Assembly (NCBI GenBank): GCA_035285545.1
Contig: JAYKGY010000019.1
Coordinates: 96,001-160,000 of the forward strand
Length of the DNA: 64,000 nt
Source of the DNA: Snowella sp.
GTDB lineage: Bacteria; Cyanobacteriota; Cyanobacteriia; Cyanobacteriales; Microcystaceae
Direction of reading: 5' to 3'
The notes beneath the pieces are model-generated. The model was not told the origin of the DNA. It saw nothing but the letters and a program-made list of their open reading frames with translations, and ran no database searches. The translations under genes were made by a program, and so were the position numbers. Below, one piece after another: positions 32,168-41,233 of the stretch. Every line of letters starts with the position of its first letter. Position 1 is the stretch's first letter.

Positions 32168-33352
32168 TTAATGTTTATTACTGGGAACTTGTTGGAGTTC
32201 ATTCTCAAACAGGCGGTCTTCTGTTGAAGTTCGGTTGGAAGTTGTATTTTCTTCGGCGGGTAAACTGCGGAGAGCCGCGATCGCCTCTTTAATCATGACG
32301 GCGGTAGGAACTGCCACAATCACACCAAGCAATCCCCCAATCCGCGCACCGGATAACAGAGAGATTAACACCCAAAAGGGATTTAACCCCGTAACACTCC
32401 CTAAAACCCTTGGAGCAACCCCATTTTCCACAATTTGCTGAATAATTAGGGCGGCAGCTAATAATTGTAGGGCCATCCCCACATCCCGCAGCGCGACCAA
32501 AAAGGTGACGAGGGTAATTCCCACTGACCCACCAAAGGGAATCAGGGCCATTAAACCCACCGTAAGACCAAACAGTAGCCCAAAAGGAACTTTTAAGGCG
32601 ACAAAGGCTAACACTAATCCTACGGCCATACAGGTGGCACTAATCAATTGACCCAAGAAATAATTCTGAAAACTACGGCGTAGGGTTTGGGAAAAAGGCT
32701 GTTGGAAACGAGTCGGTAACCAACCCACCACACTCTGCCAAACGTCTTGAGTATGGAGTAATAAATAGAAGGTCAAAATAACGGTTAACAGGACATCTAA
32801 CAATCTCACTACCGTAAAAACCGTTAAACTGAGGGCTAAATTGAGCGTGGTTCCGGCTAAATTCTGTAATTCAACGGCTAAACGGCTGTTAATTTGAGTA
32901 ATAATCCCATCAAAGTTAATAGGAAGCCCCAGCGCATTGGCCTGCTCATCTAATAACATTAATTGCCGTTGTCCAGAGTCTAACCATTCGGGTAAACGCG
33001 CCACTAATTGTTGAGCTTGGGTAAAGGCAAGGGGAACGAGGGTGACTCCCAGGGCCAAAAAGACAAAGAGAGTTATCAGGAAAACGAAAACGGCAACGAC
33101 ACTACGTTGAAAGCCTTTTTTTTCTAGCCAACTGACCGGATAATTGAGGAGAAAGGCTAGGACAGAGGCAATTAAGACAATCACAAAGAGGGACTGGAAG
33201 TAACCGAAGATTGCAAATAGGGCCCTAGCATTTAAGACCATAAGCGGAGCGGCTAGGAGCACAACTAGGAGGCGAGAGAAGAAATTTAAGGATTCCCACC
33301 CTTTGACTAACCAGTTACGTTTGGGAGAAGATGAGCCAGAGTTGACCATCAC
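32168..33352 (-). CDS. AI-2E family transporter
   Basis: Multi-TM; LIPFGG, QQIVENGVAPRVLG, GLNP, GLLG..AVP motifs. Confidence 0.9.
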   Translation of the reverse strand: MMVNSGSSSPKRNWLVKGWESLNFFSRLLVVLLAAPLMVLNARALFAIFGYFQSLFVIVLIASVLAFLLNYPVSWLEKKGFQRSVVAVFVFLITLFVFLALGVTLVPLAFTQAQQLVARLPEWLDSGQRQLMLLDEQANALGLPINFDGIITQINSRLAVELQNLAGTTLNLALSLTVFTVVRLLDVLLTVILTFYLLLHTQDVWQSVVGWLPTRFQQPFSQTLRRSFQNYFLGQLISATCMAVGLVLAFVALKVPFGLLFGLTVGLMALIPFGGSVGITLVTFLVALRDVGMALQLLAAALIIQQIVENGVAPRVLGSVTGLNPFWVLISLLSGARIGGLLGVIVAVPTAVMIKEAIAALRSLPAEENTTSNRTSTEDRLFENELQQVPSNKH

Positions 33353-33822
33353 AGTCGCTACCCCGTCTGATAGAAGTACCTTAAGATAGTTTAATCAATT
33401 GCGTGAGTTCTCATGGGAACCTAGCAACTCGCTTGCCATCTATTTTACGCCAAGCTAGCCTCTTTTTCGGGAAATGGGAATTTCTTCTAACCTCAGATCC
33501 ATGGTTGATTTCTGTTGGGATAGGAAGGAGGGGGCAATTGCCGTATTATACTTAAGTGTTATTCAGTACGCGATCGCGACTTTTGCTACTCCTCGTTGGG
33601 AAGAATAGGTTAGTGGTAAAGTTTTGAGTTGACTTTTTTGAAAAAGCGTTTATGGTTGAGTTATTCCAATCAAGCTTTAACCTTTAGCCTTCACACAAAC
33701 CCCCGTAAATCCCTATGCAATTGTCTGTTTGAATCCTTACTTAAACCCATTAATAGATTTGCCTCAATCCCTGTTAAATGCCTATTAAAGACAACTTTGA
33801 ATTCCTTGAAATACCGATTACG

Positions 33823-33838
33823 TGTGACATAGATCACA
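33823..33838. promoter_or_regulatory. CRP-binding site
   Basis: Perfect TGTGA-N6-TCACA (TGTGACATAGATCACA). Confidence 0.8.
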
Positions 33839-34192
33839 CCATTTGAGTGATTTTAGGTTTCAAAAATTTGTCAGAAAACTGATACAATTAACAATGTAGA
33901 TTCTACTTACATAAAATCTCTAAGTTTAACAGCAAAGTCAAAAATTTAATCCTGTTTAAGTTCTCAACAGATTTAGATAAACGACATTTGATTTAAGCTG
34001 TTAATCCTTTAAACTGCACACAAACAAGAGACTGAAGCTTATTTTTATCAGGCTTTTTGCAAAATCGCTATTCCATTTAAAGGCGTGACAGCTTACTCAG
34101 TCTTCTTTAACCGATTGGCTCTTAAAAATCTAAAGTTAAAGGTTAATCTTGAGAGCAGTTTTTAAGTCCAGTATGAAGAGTGACTAAAATTA

Positions 34193-34891
34193 ATGGAAGA
34201 AAAACGAGCTAATATTAGCGAAATAGACAAATTAACTAAGAATGTCCCTTTTTTCAATGGATTGTCTAAAGAGTGTTTGGAAAATACGATTAGTCATGTT
34301 GTGACTCGTCATCATCCGTCCAATCGAGTGATTCTCCTAGAAAATGATTGGGGAGGCTCCGTCTATTTTATCGTGGATGGTTGGGTCAAAATTCGTACCC
34401 ATAACGTGGATGGCAAAGAAGTAACCCTGAATATTGTGGGGAAAGGGGAAGTGATTGGCGAAATGTCGGCGTTAGAAGAAATTCCCCGCTCTACCGATGT
34501 TATGACCTTAACGCCCACGATTGTCAGTAGTATTTCAGCCACAGATTTTTTATCTCTTCTGCAAACGGAACCTCTAGCGGGTATTCGTTTAGCCCAACTT
34601 ATTGCCAAACGTTTACGACAGGTTAATCGACGGTTGCGTTTACGGGAAGCTGAAAGCATTGCTCGTGTAGCGGATACGCTCTTGTTTTTAGCGGAAGGTC
34701 AAGGTAAAGCGACAAAACGCGGTATGAGTATTCCCAATTTGCCCCATCGAGAATTAGGTAGCATTACGGGCTTGGCTAGGGAAACAGTGTCACGGGCTTT
34801 AACCCGATTAGAACAAGATGGTCTAATTTCTCGTGAAAACGATAGAATTTGTATCCGTGACCTGGATGAACTTGAGGATTTAATTTCTTAA
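34193..34891 (+). CDS. Crp/Fnr family transcriptional regulator (SyCRP-like)
   Basis: cNMP domain (GEMS..PRST) plus HTH GLARETVSRAL. Confidence 0.92.
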   Translation: MEEKRANISEIDKLTKNVPFFNGLSKECLENTISHVVTRHHPSNRVILLENDWGGSVYFIVDGWVKIRTHNVDGKEVTLNIVGKGEVIGEMSALEEIPRSTDVMTLTPTIVSSISATDFLSLLQTEPLAGIRLAQLIAKRLRQVNRRLRLREAESIARVADTLLFLAEGQGKATKRGMSIPNLPHRELGSITGLARETVSRALTRLEQDGLISRENDRICIRDLDELEDLIS

Positions 34892-35002
34892 TTCCGTTAA
34901 TTGTAATTGTAGAGAATCAATTTTTAAGGGTCAATTCTTAAAAGATTGGGGTTACCAATTTTTGAATGCGGTTTACAAAAAACATTCAGTCTATTTTATT
35001 GC

Positions 35003-35524
35003 ATGCAATTGAATAAAGATCAGCCGTTAACTAGTTTTCGATGCGCGATCGCGTTGGGGAGTAATTTAGGCAACTCCCAGGAAATTCTAGACCAGACCCT
35101 AACCGAACTAGCCCAAATATCAGGAATTCAACGGATTACCCCATCGAGTTGGTACGAAACGATTCCTGTTGGCCCACCCCAACCCAATTATGTTAATGGT
35201 TGCGCTATTGTAGAAACGAAATTACACCCTGAAATTCTGTTAGAAAACTTACTAATAATAGAACAGCAATTTGGTCGAATTCGGCAGGAACGTTGGGGAG
35301 CCAGAACTTTAGATTTAGATATTCTATTATATGATAATTTAATTTTAAAAACGCCAAACTTAACCATTCCCCATCCCCGCATGAATGAACGTGCTTTTGT
35401 CTTGGTTCCCCTAGCTGAAATTGCTCCTAATTGGATTGAGCCGATCTCTCAAAAATCGATTTTTCAGTTATCTCAGGAAATTGACACGTCAGGAATTATT
35501 CATTGTGTAAAGCAGGCAAATTAA
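35003..35524 (+). CDS. folK: 2-amino-4-hydroxy-6-hydroxymethyldihydropteridine diphosphokinase
   Basis: ALGSNLG, RWGARTLDLDIL, PHPRM.ERAFVL.PL motifs. Confidence 0.95.
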   Translation: MQLNKDQPLTSFRCAIALGSNLGNSQEILDQTLTELAQISGIQRITPSSWYETIPVGPPQPNYVNGCAIVETKLHPEILLENLLIIEQQFGRIRQERWGARTLDLDILLYDNLILKTPNLTIPHPRMNERAFVLVPLAEIAPNWIEPISQKSIFQLSQEIDTSGIIHCVKQAN

Positions 35525-35791
35525 ACTGCCAAATAAAACAAATTTTAACAAAATACTCGAAATTAAAAAACTGTCGGTTGTCAAACAATTGGTCAGATTG
35601 GAAGACGCTCAGTTACGCAACAAATCAGTGATAAAAAAATACTTTTTTCTAAAGTGACCTAATGTTTTCATTCGTGAAATAGGCTTGCTACCTTGTTCTA
35701 TTTTGAGTGTAGCCATCAATAATGCTCTCAGATTTGAGTGTATTGAATTGTAAAGTTTTTGATTGCAAACAAATTCTATTTTGTTTTTTTC

Positions 35792-35800
35792 TGCTATAAT
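35792..35800 (+). promoter_or_regulatory. extended -10 promoter candidate
   Basis: TGcTATAAT about 50 bp upstream of the 35853 ATG. Confidence 0.45.
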
Positions 35801-35852
35801 CCCCAATTATTAAAAAATATCGCTAATTTCGAGCTTATAAGGGTAAATAGCC

Positions 35853-36854
35853 ATGTCATCGCCAATATCACCAGTTAAAGTTTCTGATCTTAACTTCATT
35901 CCTGAGTTATTTTTTGACTTAATTGCAAGGGTTATTCCTGGATATTTTGTATTAGGTTTTGCATATTGGTATATTGAAATATTTATAACTTTGTTAACTA
36001 CACCACCATACAATTTTAATGATATCTTAAGTCTAATCCCAATCTGGTTTACTCCAATTATTGCTTATTATTTAGCAGTATTATTATGTATATTATCTAG
36101 AAAAAAACATCCAAAGCTTGATAAAGAAATAGAAGAAACTGCTCAAAGACTTTATAAGTTAACTCATAATGCACCTGAAGACCGAGGAAGGTTTCAAAAA
36201 CTTTTTGCTGAATTTGATGCTACATCATCGATATTTATGGGTTTATTAATTCTATTCATATCAGCTTTGTTTGCTTTTTCAATTCTTTATTTTGTCAAAA
36301 ATATATCCTTAAAGCAAATTTTTATTTTTCCTTTGATTTTGTTATTTATTATAAATATATTTTTTATGTGTTCTATTAATTTATGGAAATCAAAATTGCG
36401 AGATATTTTAAAAGAAAGACTAGATAGCTATGCAGAGTATAAAAATTTATCGTTACGAGAAAATTGGGATATTAAATTTAATAATGATTTGGTAAAAAAT
36501 ACTGGAGTAAAAATCAAAAAATTCGATATTTTTCAATGTGATGGAGATAAGTTTTTTTTAGTAATTTCACCTAATGAAATAAATAATTTTAGTGAAAAAA
36601 TACTTGGAGTTCTAAATAAAGAGGAAGAAGAAGATTATCCAACTCGTATTGATTGTGCCGTCGCCAAAGATAACACAGTCAACAACAAAAATAAAGTTAA
36701 AAAAGAAGACGATGAGCTAGAAAAAATCAAATTTGCTTTTGATCAATTTCACATAATTGAGAAAGAAAAATTGTCTCGAACTCGAAGATTTGGTCAAATT
36801 ATTCAAAGTGATAGATCCCAAATTCTTGATATCTTGGCTAAGATCTTTGCATAA
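35853..36854 (+). CDS. multi-TM membrane protein with C-terminal degenerate MazF/PemK-like domain
   Basis: About 4 hydrophobic segments in aa ~19-178; aa ~219-333 carry LVISPNEIN, YPTRIDC, DQFHIIEKEKL, RFGQI and ILDILAKIFA in PemK/MazF order. Confidence 0.7.
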   Translation: MSSPISPVKVSDLNFIPELFFDLIARVIPGYFVLGFAYWYIEIFITLLTTPPYNFNDILSLIPIWFTPIIAYYLAVLLCILSRKKHPKLDKEIEETAQRLYKLTHNAPEDRGRFQKLFAEFDATSSIFMGLLILFISALFAFSILYFVKNISLKQIFIFPLILLFIINIFFMCSINLWKSKLRDILKERLDSYAEYKNLSLRENWDIKFNNDLVKNTGVKIKKFDIFQCDGDKFFLVISPNEINNFSEKILGVLNKEEEEDYPTRIDCAVAKDNTVNNKNKVKKEDDELEKIKFAFDQFHIIEKEKLSRTRRFGQIIQSDRSQILDILAKIFA

Positions 36855-36893
36855 AGATAAATCTTAAATTGGCGGATATAAAGGTAAATCTAA

Positions 36894-37454
36894 ATGGTAC
36901 AAGCCCCGTTAAAACCATTAACATTAGCAGAATTTTTACAACTCCCAGAAACAACGCCTGCGAGTGAATACATTGATGGTCAAATTATCCAGAAACCCAT
37001 GCGCCAAGGAAAACATAGTACCATTCAAGGAGAATTTGTTTCTGCCATTAATGCAGTCGTTAAGCCTAAACAAATAGCCCGCGCTTTTCCTGAATTGCGT
37101 TGTACCTTCGGTGATCGCTCCATTGTTCCTGATATTGCCGTTTTTACTTGGAGTAACATCCCCCGCGATGAAAAGGTCGAAATTGCCAATTTATTTTTAG
37201 CTGCACCCAACTGGACAATTGAAATTTTATCCTCTGATCAAAGCCATACCAAAGTTATCAGAAATATTTTGCACTGCTTAAAATACGGAACCCAAATGGG
37301 CTGGCTGATTGATCTCGATGAACAAGTCATTTTTGTCTATCGTCCGAAACAAGAACCCGAAATTTTTGATCAACCTGATCAGCCTCTTCCTATGCCATCT
37401 TTTGTCAGTGACCTAGAACTTACCTTGCAAGATGTATTTGCTTGGTTGTTGTAG
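36894..37454 (+). CDS. Uma2 family endonuclease-like protein
   Basis: PASEYIDG, FPELRCTFG, VPDIAVF, W.IEILS, GWLID motifs. Confidence 0.9.
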   Translation: MVQAPLKPLTLAEFLQLPETTPASEYIDGQIIQKPMRQGKHSTIQGEFVSAINAVVKPKQIARAFPELRCTFGDRSIVPDIAVFTWSNIPRDEKVEIANLFLAAPNWTIEILSSDQSHTKVIRNILHCLKYGTQMGWLIDLDEQVIFVYRPKQEPEIFDQPDQPLPMPSFVSDLELTLQDVFAWLL

Positions 37455-37669
37455 AAAACTTGATAACGCGATCGCCTATGGGAAAACTTGAGATTTGATA
37501 ACGCAAAAGGAAGATTTACTATGGCTATATCGATAGGTACAAGTAACAAGTTCCGCGAGGGTATCAAACTTTAATTAATACTGTATTTTTGGTCTATTTA
37601 ATTAAAAGATCTGATGCCTTGTTTTGAAATTGCTGATAAACTTGATTGATTTGAGCCATAAAATATATA

Positions 37670-37876
37670 TTAATTTGCCTTTTCCTGCATTCTCTGTTTA
37701 GTAACCGCGTAAATTTTTGCATCAAAATCAGGATCATCGACCGTTGTAATTACCTGATGAGGGCGATCGCTGATTCGATTGAGATAAGCTTGTAGAGCTA
37801 ATTTATCCTCACGATGCTGAAGAAAATAGTATTTTAACTCTTCATCCGACATTGCCAAATAGTTAACGGTATCCAT
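37670..37876 (-). CDS. DUF6887-like small protein
   Basis: NYLAMSDEELKYYFLQHRED..A motif; start overlaps upstream stop (TGATG). Confidence 0.7.
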   Translation of the reverse strand: MDTVNYLAMSDEELKYYFLQHREDKLALQAYLNRISDRPHQVITTVDDPDFDAKIYAVTKQRMQEKAN

Positions 37877-38052
37877 CAGAATACTTCTCCTTTTGGTGAA
37901 ATTTGAAATTCAAGATTTTCTGTTGTTCCTGCCAATATATATATATTCTTTGTGCGATCATCAATACAAACTAGATGAATCGGTTGGTACATAATATAAG
38001 TTAAATAATAGGTAAGACGGTATAAACCTCTCAATTGGACATTAGTTGGCAT
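37876..38052 (-). CDS. DUF6888-like small protein
   Basis: MPT..QL...MYQPIHLV..D.RT.NIYILAG...FQI.P.G pattern. Confidence 0.7.
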   Translation of the reverse strand: MPTNVQLRGLYRLTYYLTYIMYQPIHLVCIDDRTKNIYILAGTTENLEFQISPKGEVF

Positions 38053-38086
38053 TCGAGACACTCCCTCAACACTTTTTTATTTTACA

Positions 38087-39628
38087 TCATCGTCTTAAGT
38101 TTGATTGAAATCGCATATAAAGCTGAATAATCTGATGGGTAACTTCCGTAATACTTAACCCATCGGTGATAATTTCAATCGCATCAATGGCTTTTTTGAG
38201 GGGCGCGATCGCGCGGGTACTGTCCTGTTGATCGCGGCTGGCAATTTCTTTTTCTAAGTCTTCTAAACGAATTTGGGTTTGACCCTGGGCTTGAAAATCT
38301 GCTAAACGTCGTCTGGCCCGTTCCTGCACCGATGCAGTGAGAAAAATCTTTAATTCCGCATCAGGAAAGACTGCCGTGCCAATATCCCGTCCTTCTGCCA
38401 CTAGTCCCCCTGTTTTGCCGTAGGATTGTTGAGCCTTTAATAACACGGCTCGCACTGTTTTTTGGGCCGCGATCGCCGAAACGAGGGAAGTCACTTCAGG
38501 GGTACGAATGGCTTCGGTAACGTCCTGCCCGTTGATTTTAACTAAGGTCGGTTGGGGATAGGCTTGGGACACTAATTCTAAACTCGCTTGACTCACTAAC
38601 TCGGCAATGCCCGCTTCATCGGTAAGGGGTAAATCCGATTGACGCACTAACCAAGCTAACGCCCGATACATCGCTCCTGTGTCGAGATAGAGTAAATTTA
38701 ATTCTTTAGCGACTAAACGGGTGACGGTGGATTTTCCGGCTCCGGCTGGCCCATCGATCGCGATGATCGGTTTACGGTTACGCAATAAAATATTATCAAT
38801 TAAGCGCGTTGACCCCACATAGGCCGCGATCGCGAGTAATCCTGTTTCAGTGACTTCCGTTAAAGGGGTTAGGGTCTGGGGGTGAACCAGTTCGATGTAT
38901 TGAACCCGGACTTCTGGCGTTAGGGCTAATTGCTGTTGAACCTGATTTATCAACCCTTCAGCCTGTTTTTCCCCTTGAATAAACGCTTTTTGGGCTACTT
39001 GTAAACTACGGGATAGGACAAGGGCTAATTCCTTTTCAGGGTCACTTAAATATTGGTTACGGGAACTGAGAGCTAAACCCGATTCCTCTCGTTGGGTCGG
39101 ACAAGCCTTAATCTCAATGGGAAAGTTTAAATCCGCCACTAAGCGACGAATGATGGCCAACTGTTGGGCATCTTTTTCCCCAAAATAGGCCGTTTCGGGT
39201 TGCACAATGTTAAATAATTTGGTCACGATGGTAGCAACACCAGCAAAATGGCCAGGCCGAAATTTTCCACACAAATTCTGCGTTAATTCATCGGGCGGAA
39301 TCACCAGCGTTTGGGCCGATTCTTGACCCTGAATTCCCAAGGCTTCGGGAGTCGGGGCAAAAATGACATCCACTCCTATTGCTTCACATTGTTGGCGATC
39401 GCTATCTAAGGTACGGGGATATTGGTCCAAATCTTCTTGGGGGGCAAACTGCAACGGATTCACAAAAATACTGACAACTACCACCTCATTCGCTAACTTG
39501 GCTTGTTGAATCAAACTCAGATGCCCTGGATGTAAGGCTCCCATTGTTGGCACCAACCCCACCCGTTTTCCCTGGCGTACTCGGCTTAAATAGGTTTGTA
39601 GTCCCGCAATGGAGTGAAATAGACGCAC
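38087..39628 (-). CDS. panC/cmk: bifunctional pantoate-beta-alanine ligase / cytidylate kinase
   Basis: VPTMGALHPGH, GEKDAQQ, SSRN plus IAIDGPAGAGKST, EGRDIG motifs. Confidence 0.96.
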   Translation of the reverse strand: MRLFHSIAGLQTYLSRVRQGKRVGLVPTMGALHPGHLSLIQQAKLANEVVVVSIFVNPLQFAPQEDLDQYPRTLDSDRQQCEAIGVDVIFAPTPEALGIQGQESAQTLVIPPDELTQNLCGKFRPGHFAGVATIVTKLFNIVQPETAYFGEKDAQQLAIIRRLVADLNFPIEIKACPTQREESGLALSSRNQYLSDPEKELALVLSRSLQVAQKAFIQGEKQAEGLINQVQQQLALTPEVRVQYIELVHPQTLTPLTEVTETGLLAIAAYVGSTRLIDNILLRNRKPIIAIDGPAGAGKSTVTRLVAKELNLLYLDTGAMYRALAWLVRQSDLPLTDEAGIAELVSQASLELVSQAYPQPTLVKINGQDVTEAIRTPEVTSLVSAIAAQKTVRAVLLKAQQSYGKTGGLVAEGRDIGTAVFPDAELKIFLTASVQERARRRLADFQAQGQTQIRLEDLEKEIASRDQQDSTRAIAPLKKAIDAIEIITDGLSITEVTHQIIQLYMRFQSNLRR

Positions 39629-39754
39629 AGTATTCTCCCGTTAATTTTGCTTTGTCCATCTTAATTCTTTCGGGTTTGACTCTAACGGTTAATTTTGAGT
39701 TTGATCGCTGCTGTGCGGTATGACTATTAAAGAATCGGTTTCGCGTTACCTACC

Positions 39755-40537
39755 ATGAAAGAACCACTCATCGAACTAAAGGGAATCCGTAAAGCCTTTG
39801 GAGATCAAGTCATTTTAGATGGGGTTGATCTGACGATTTATAAGGGAGAAGCTTTGGTTATTATTGGCCCATCAGGCACAGGAAAGTCAACTATTTTACG
39901 CATTATTGCCGGATTATTACCACCGGATGCTGGTGAGGTTGAAATTAAGGGCAAAATCCGTTCAGGACTCATCGAAGATGGCGAGAATCCCATGCGGATC
40001 GCTTTAGTGTTTCAGCAATCTGCCCTGTTTGATTCCCTAACGGTCGAAGAAAATGTCGGCTTCTTTCTGTATGAACATTCCCAGTTATCTCCTACGGTGA
40101 TCCGTGAATTGGTCGCGGAAAAGTTAACGATGGTCGGCCTGCCAGCAATCGGCGATCGCTATCCCTCCCAACTCTCTGGTGGAATGCGAAAACGAGTGAG
40201 TTTTGCCCGTGCCATTATGTCCAATCCCGAAAATCCCCAAGATGATCCCGAAATGATTCTCTACGATGAGCCGACGGCTGGCCTCGATCCCGTTGCTTCA
40301 ACCGTGATTGAAAACTTAGTCCGTCATCTGCAAACAACGCCAGGCGGTTGTGATACCTACATTATGGTGACGCATCAAGAAAGCACCATTCGTCGCACAG
40401 CGGATCGGGTGGTTTTGTTATATGAGGGAAAAGTGCAGTGGCAGGGGAAGGTTGAAGAGATTGATACCACCGATAATGAGATGATCAGACAATTTTTTAG
40501 TGCTAGTGTACAAGGGCCCATCCGTGTCATTGATTAG
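39755..40537 (+). CDS. MlaF/TGD3-like ABC transporter ATP-binding protein
   Basis: GPSGTGKS, FQQSALFDSL, LSGGMRKRV, YDEPTAGLDP motifs. Confidence 0.92.
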   Translation: MKEPLIELKGIRKAFGDQVILDGVDLTIYKGEALVIIGPSGTGKSTILRIIAGLLPPDAGEVEIKGKIRSGLIEDGENPMRIALVFQQSALFDSLTVEENVGFFLYEHSQLSPTVIRELVAEKLTMVGLPAIGDRYPSQLSGGMRKRVSFARAIMSNPENPQDDPEMILYDEPTAGLDPVASTVIENLVRHLQTTPGGCDTYIMVTHQESTIRRTADRVVLLYEGKVQWQGKVEEIDTTDNEMIRQFFSASVQGPIRVID

Positions 40538-40549
40538 GGTAGATTAACT

Positions 40550-40999
40550 ATGATTTTTGAACAAATGATTGAAATCAAAGCCAGTGCCACTACCGTAGAA
40601 CGATGTATTACGGATTTAGAATTGATGCACCGTTGGCTCAATCCTCTGTTGCGTTGTCAACCTATCGGAACCTGGTGCACGGAGGTAGGCGGAAAAAGTC
40701 GTTTTATCATTAATATTCCCGTTTTAAAGCCTACGTTGTACAGCACAGTGATGCAACGGGAACCCGGCTTAATTATTTGGGGATTTGAAGGTTTTTTTAA
40801 AGGACGCGATCGCTGGGAATGCCAACCCACCGAAAATGGAACCATGCTGGTAAATCGCTTTGAATTTGAAATTCCGAATCCGCTGGTGAGTTGGGGGTTT
40901 GAAATATTTTCTGCTCAATGGACAAGTCGGGATATGCAAGCGCAGTTACGCCGATTAAAGCGAGTAGCCGAAGAAATTTATCGCAAAGAATGGCTATAA
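40550..40999 (+). CDS. SRPBCC/polyketide cyclase family protein
   Basis: IEIKAS..VE...D...HRW N-terminus, C-terminal helix QLRRLK. Confidence 0.75.
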   Translation: MIFEQMIEIKASATTVERCITDLELMHRWLNPLLRCQPIGTWCTEVGGKSRFIINIPVLKPTLYSTVMQREPGLIIWGFEGFFKGRDRWECQPTENGTMLVNRFEFEIPNPLVSWGFEIFSAQWTSRDMQAQLRRLKRVAEEIYRKEWL

Positions 41000-41064
41000 A
41001 CATAGCTTTTGAACTGAGTGTTTGACCTGAGTAAGACCATCTTCTGCTATCCTAGTAAAGGTGT

Positions 41065-41136
41065 GCTGGTGTAGCTCAGTGGTAGAGCAGCTGATTTGTA
41101 ATCAGCCGGTCGCAGGTTCAAATCCCGTCACCAGCT
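41065..41136 (+). tRNA. trnT: tRNA-Thr(UGU)
   Basis: Acceptor stem GCTGGTG/CACCAGC, anticodon arm GCTGA-TTTGTAA-TCAGC, GGTTCAAATCC T loop. Confidence 0.96.
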
Positions 41137-41233
41137 TTTTTAACCGCGATCGCGCCTTTTCTAAAAAATTCTCAACGGGATTCAGTGCTTTCGGCTAAGA
41201 TGGAAAGGGAATGCCTCTGCGTGACCCTGAATT

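Noticed and set aside
35609..36013. Minus-strand ORFs 35609-35806 and 35810-36013 as a possible MazE antitoxin
   Set aside because: Wrong orientation, no AbrB/RHH-like features, and one is antisense to the main gene
41065..41200. tRNA-Thr as an integration site
   Set aside because: No duplicated tRNA 3' end or integrase nearby; flanked by core genes
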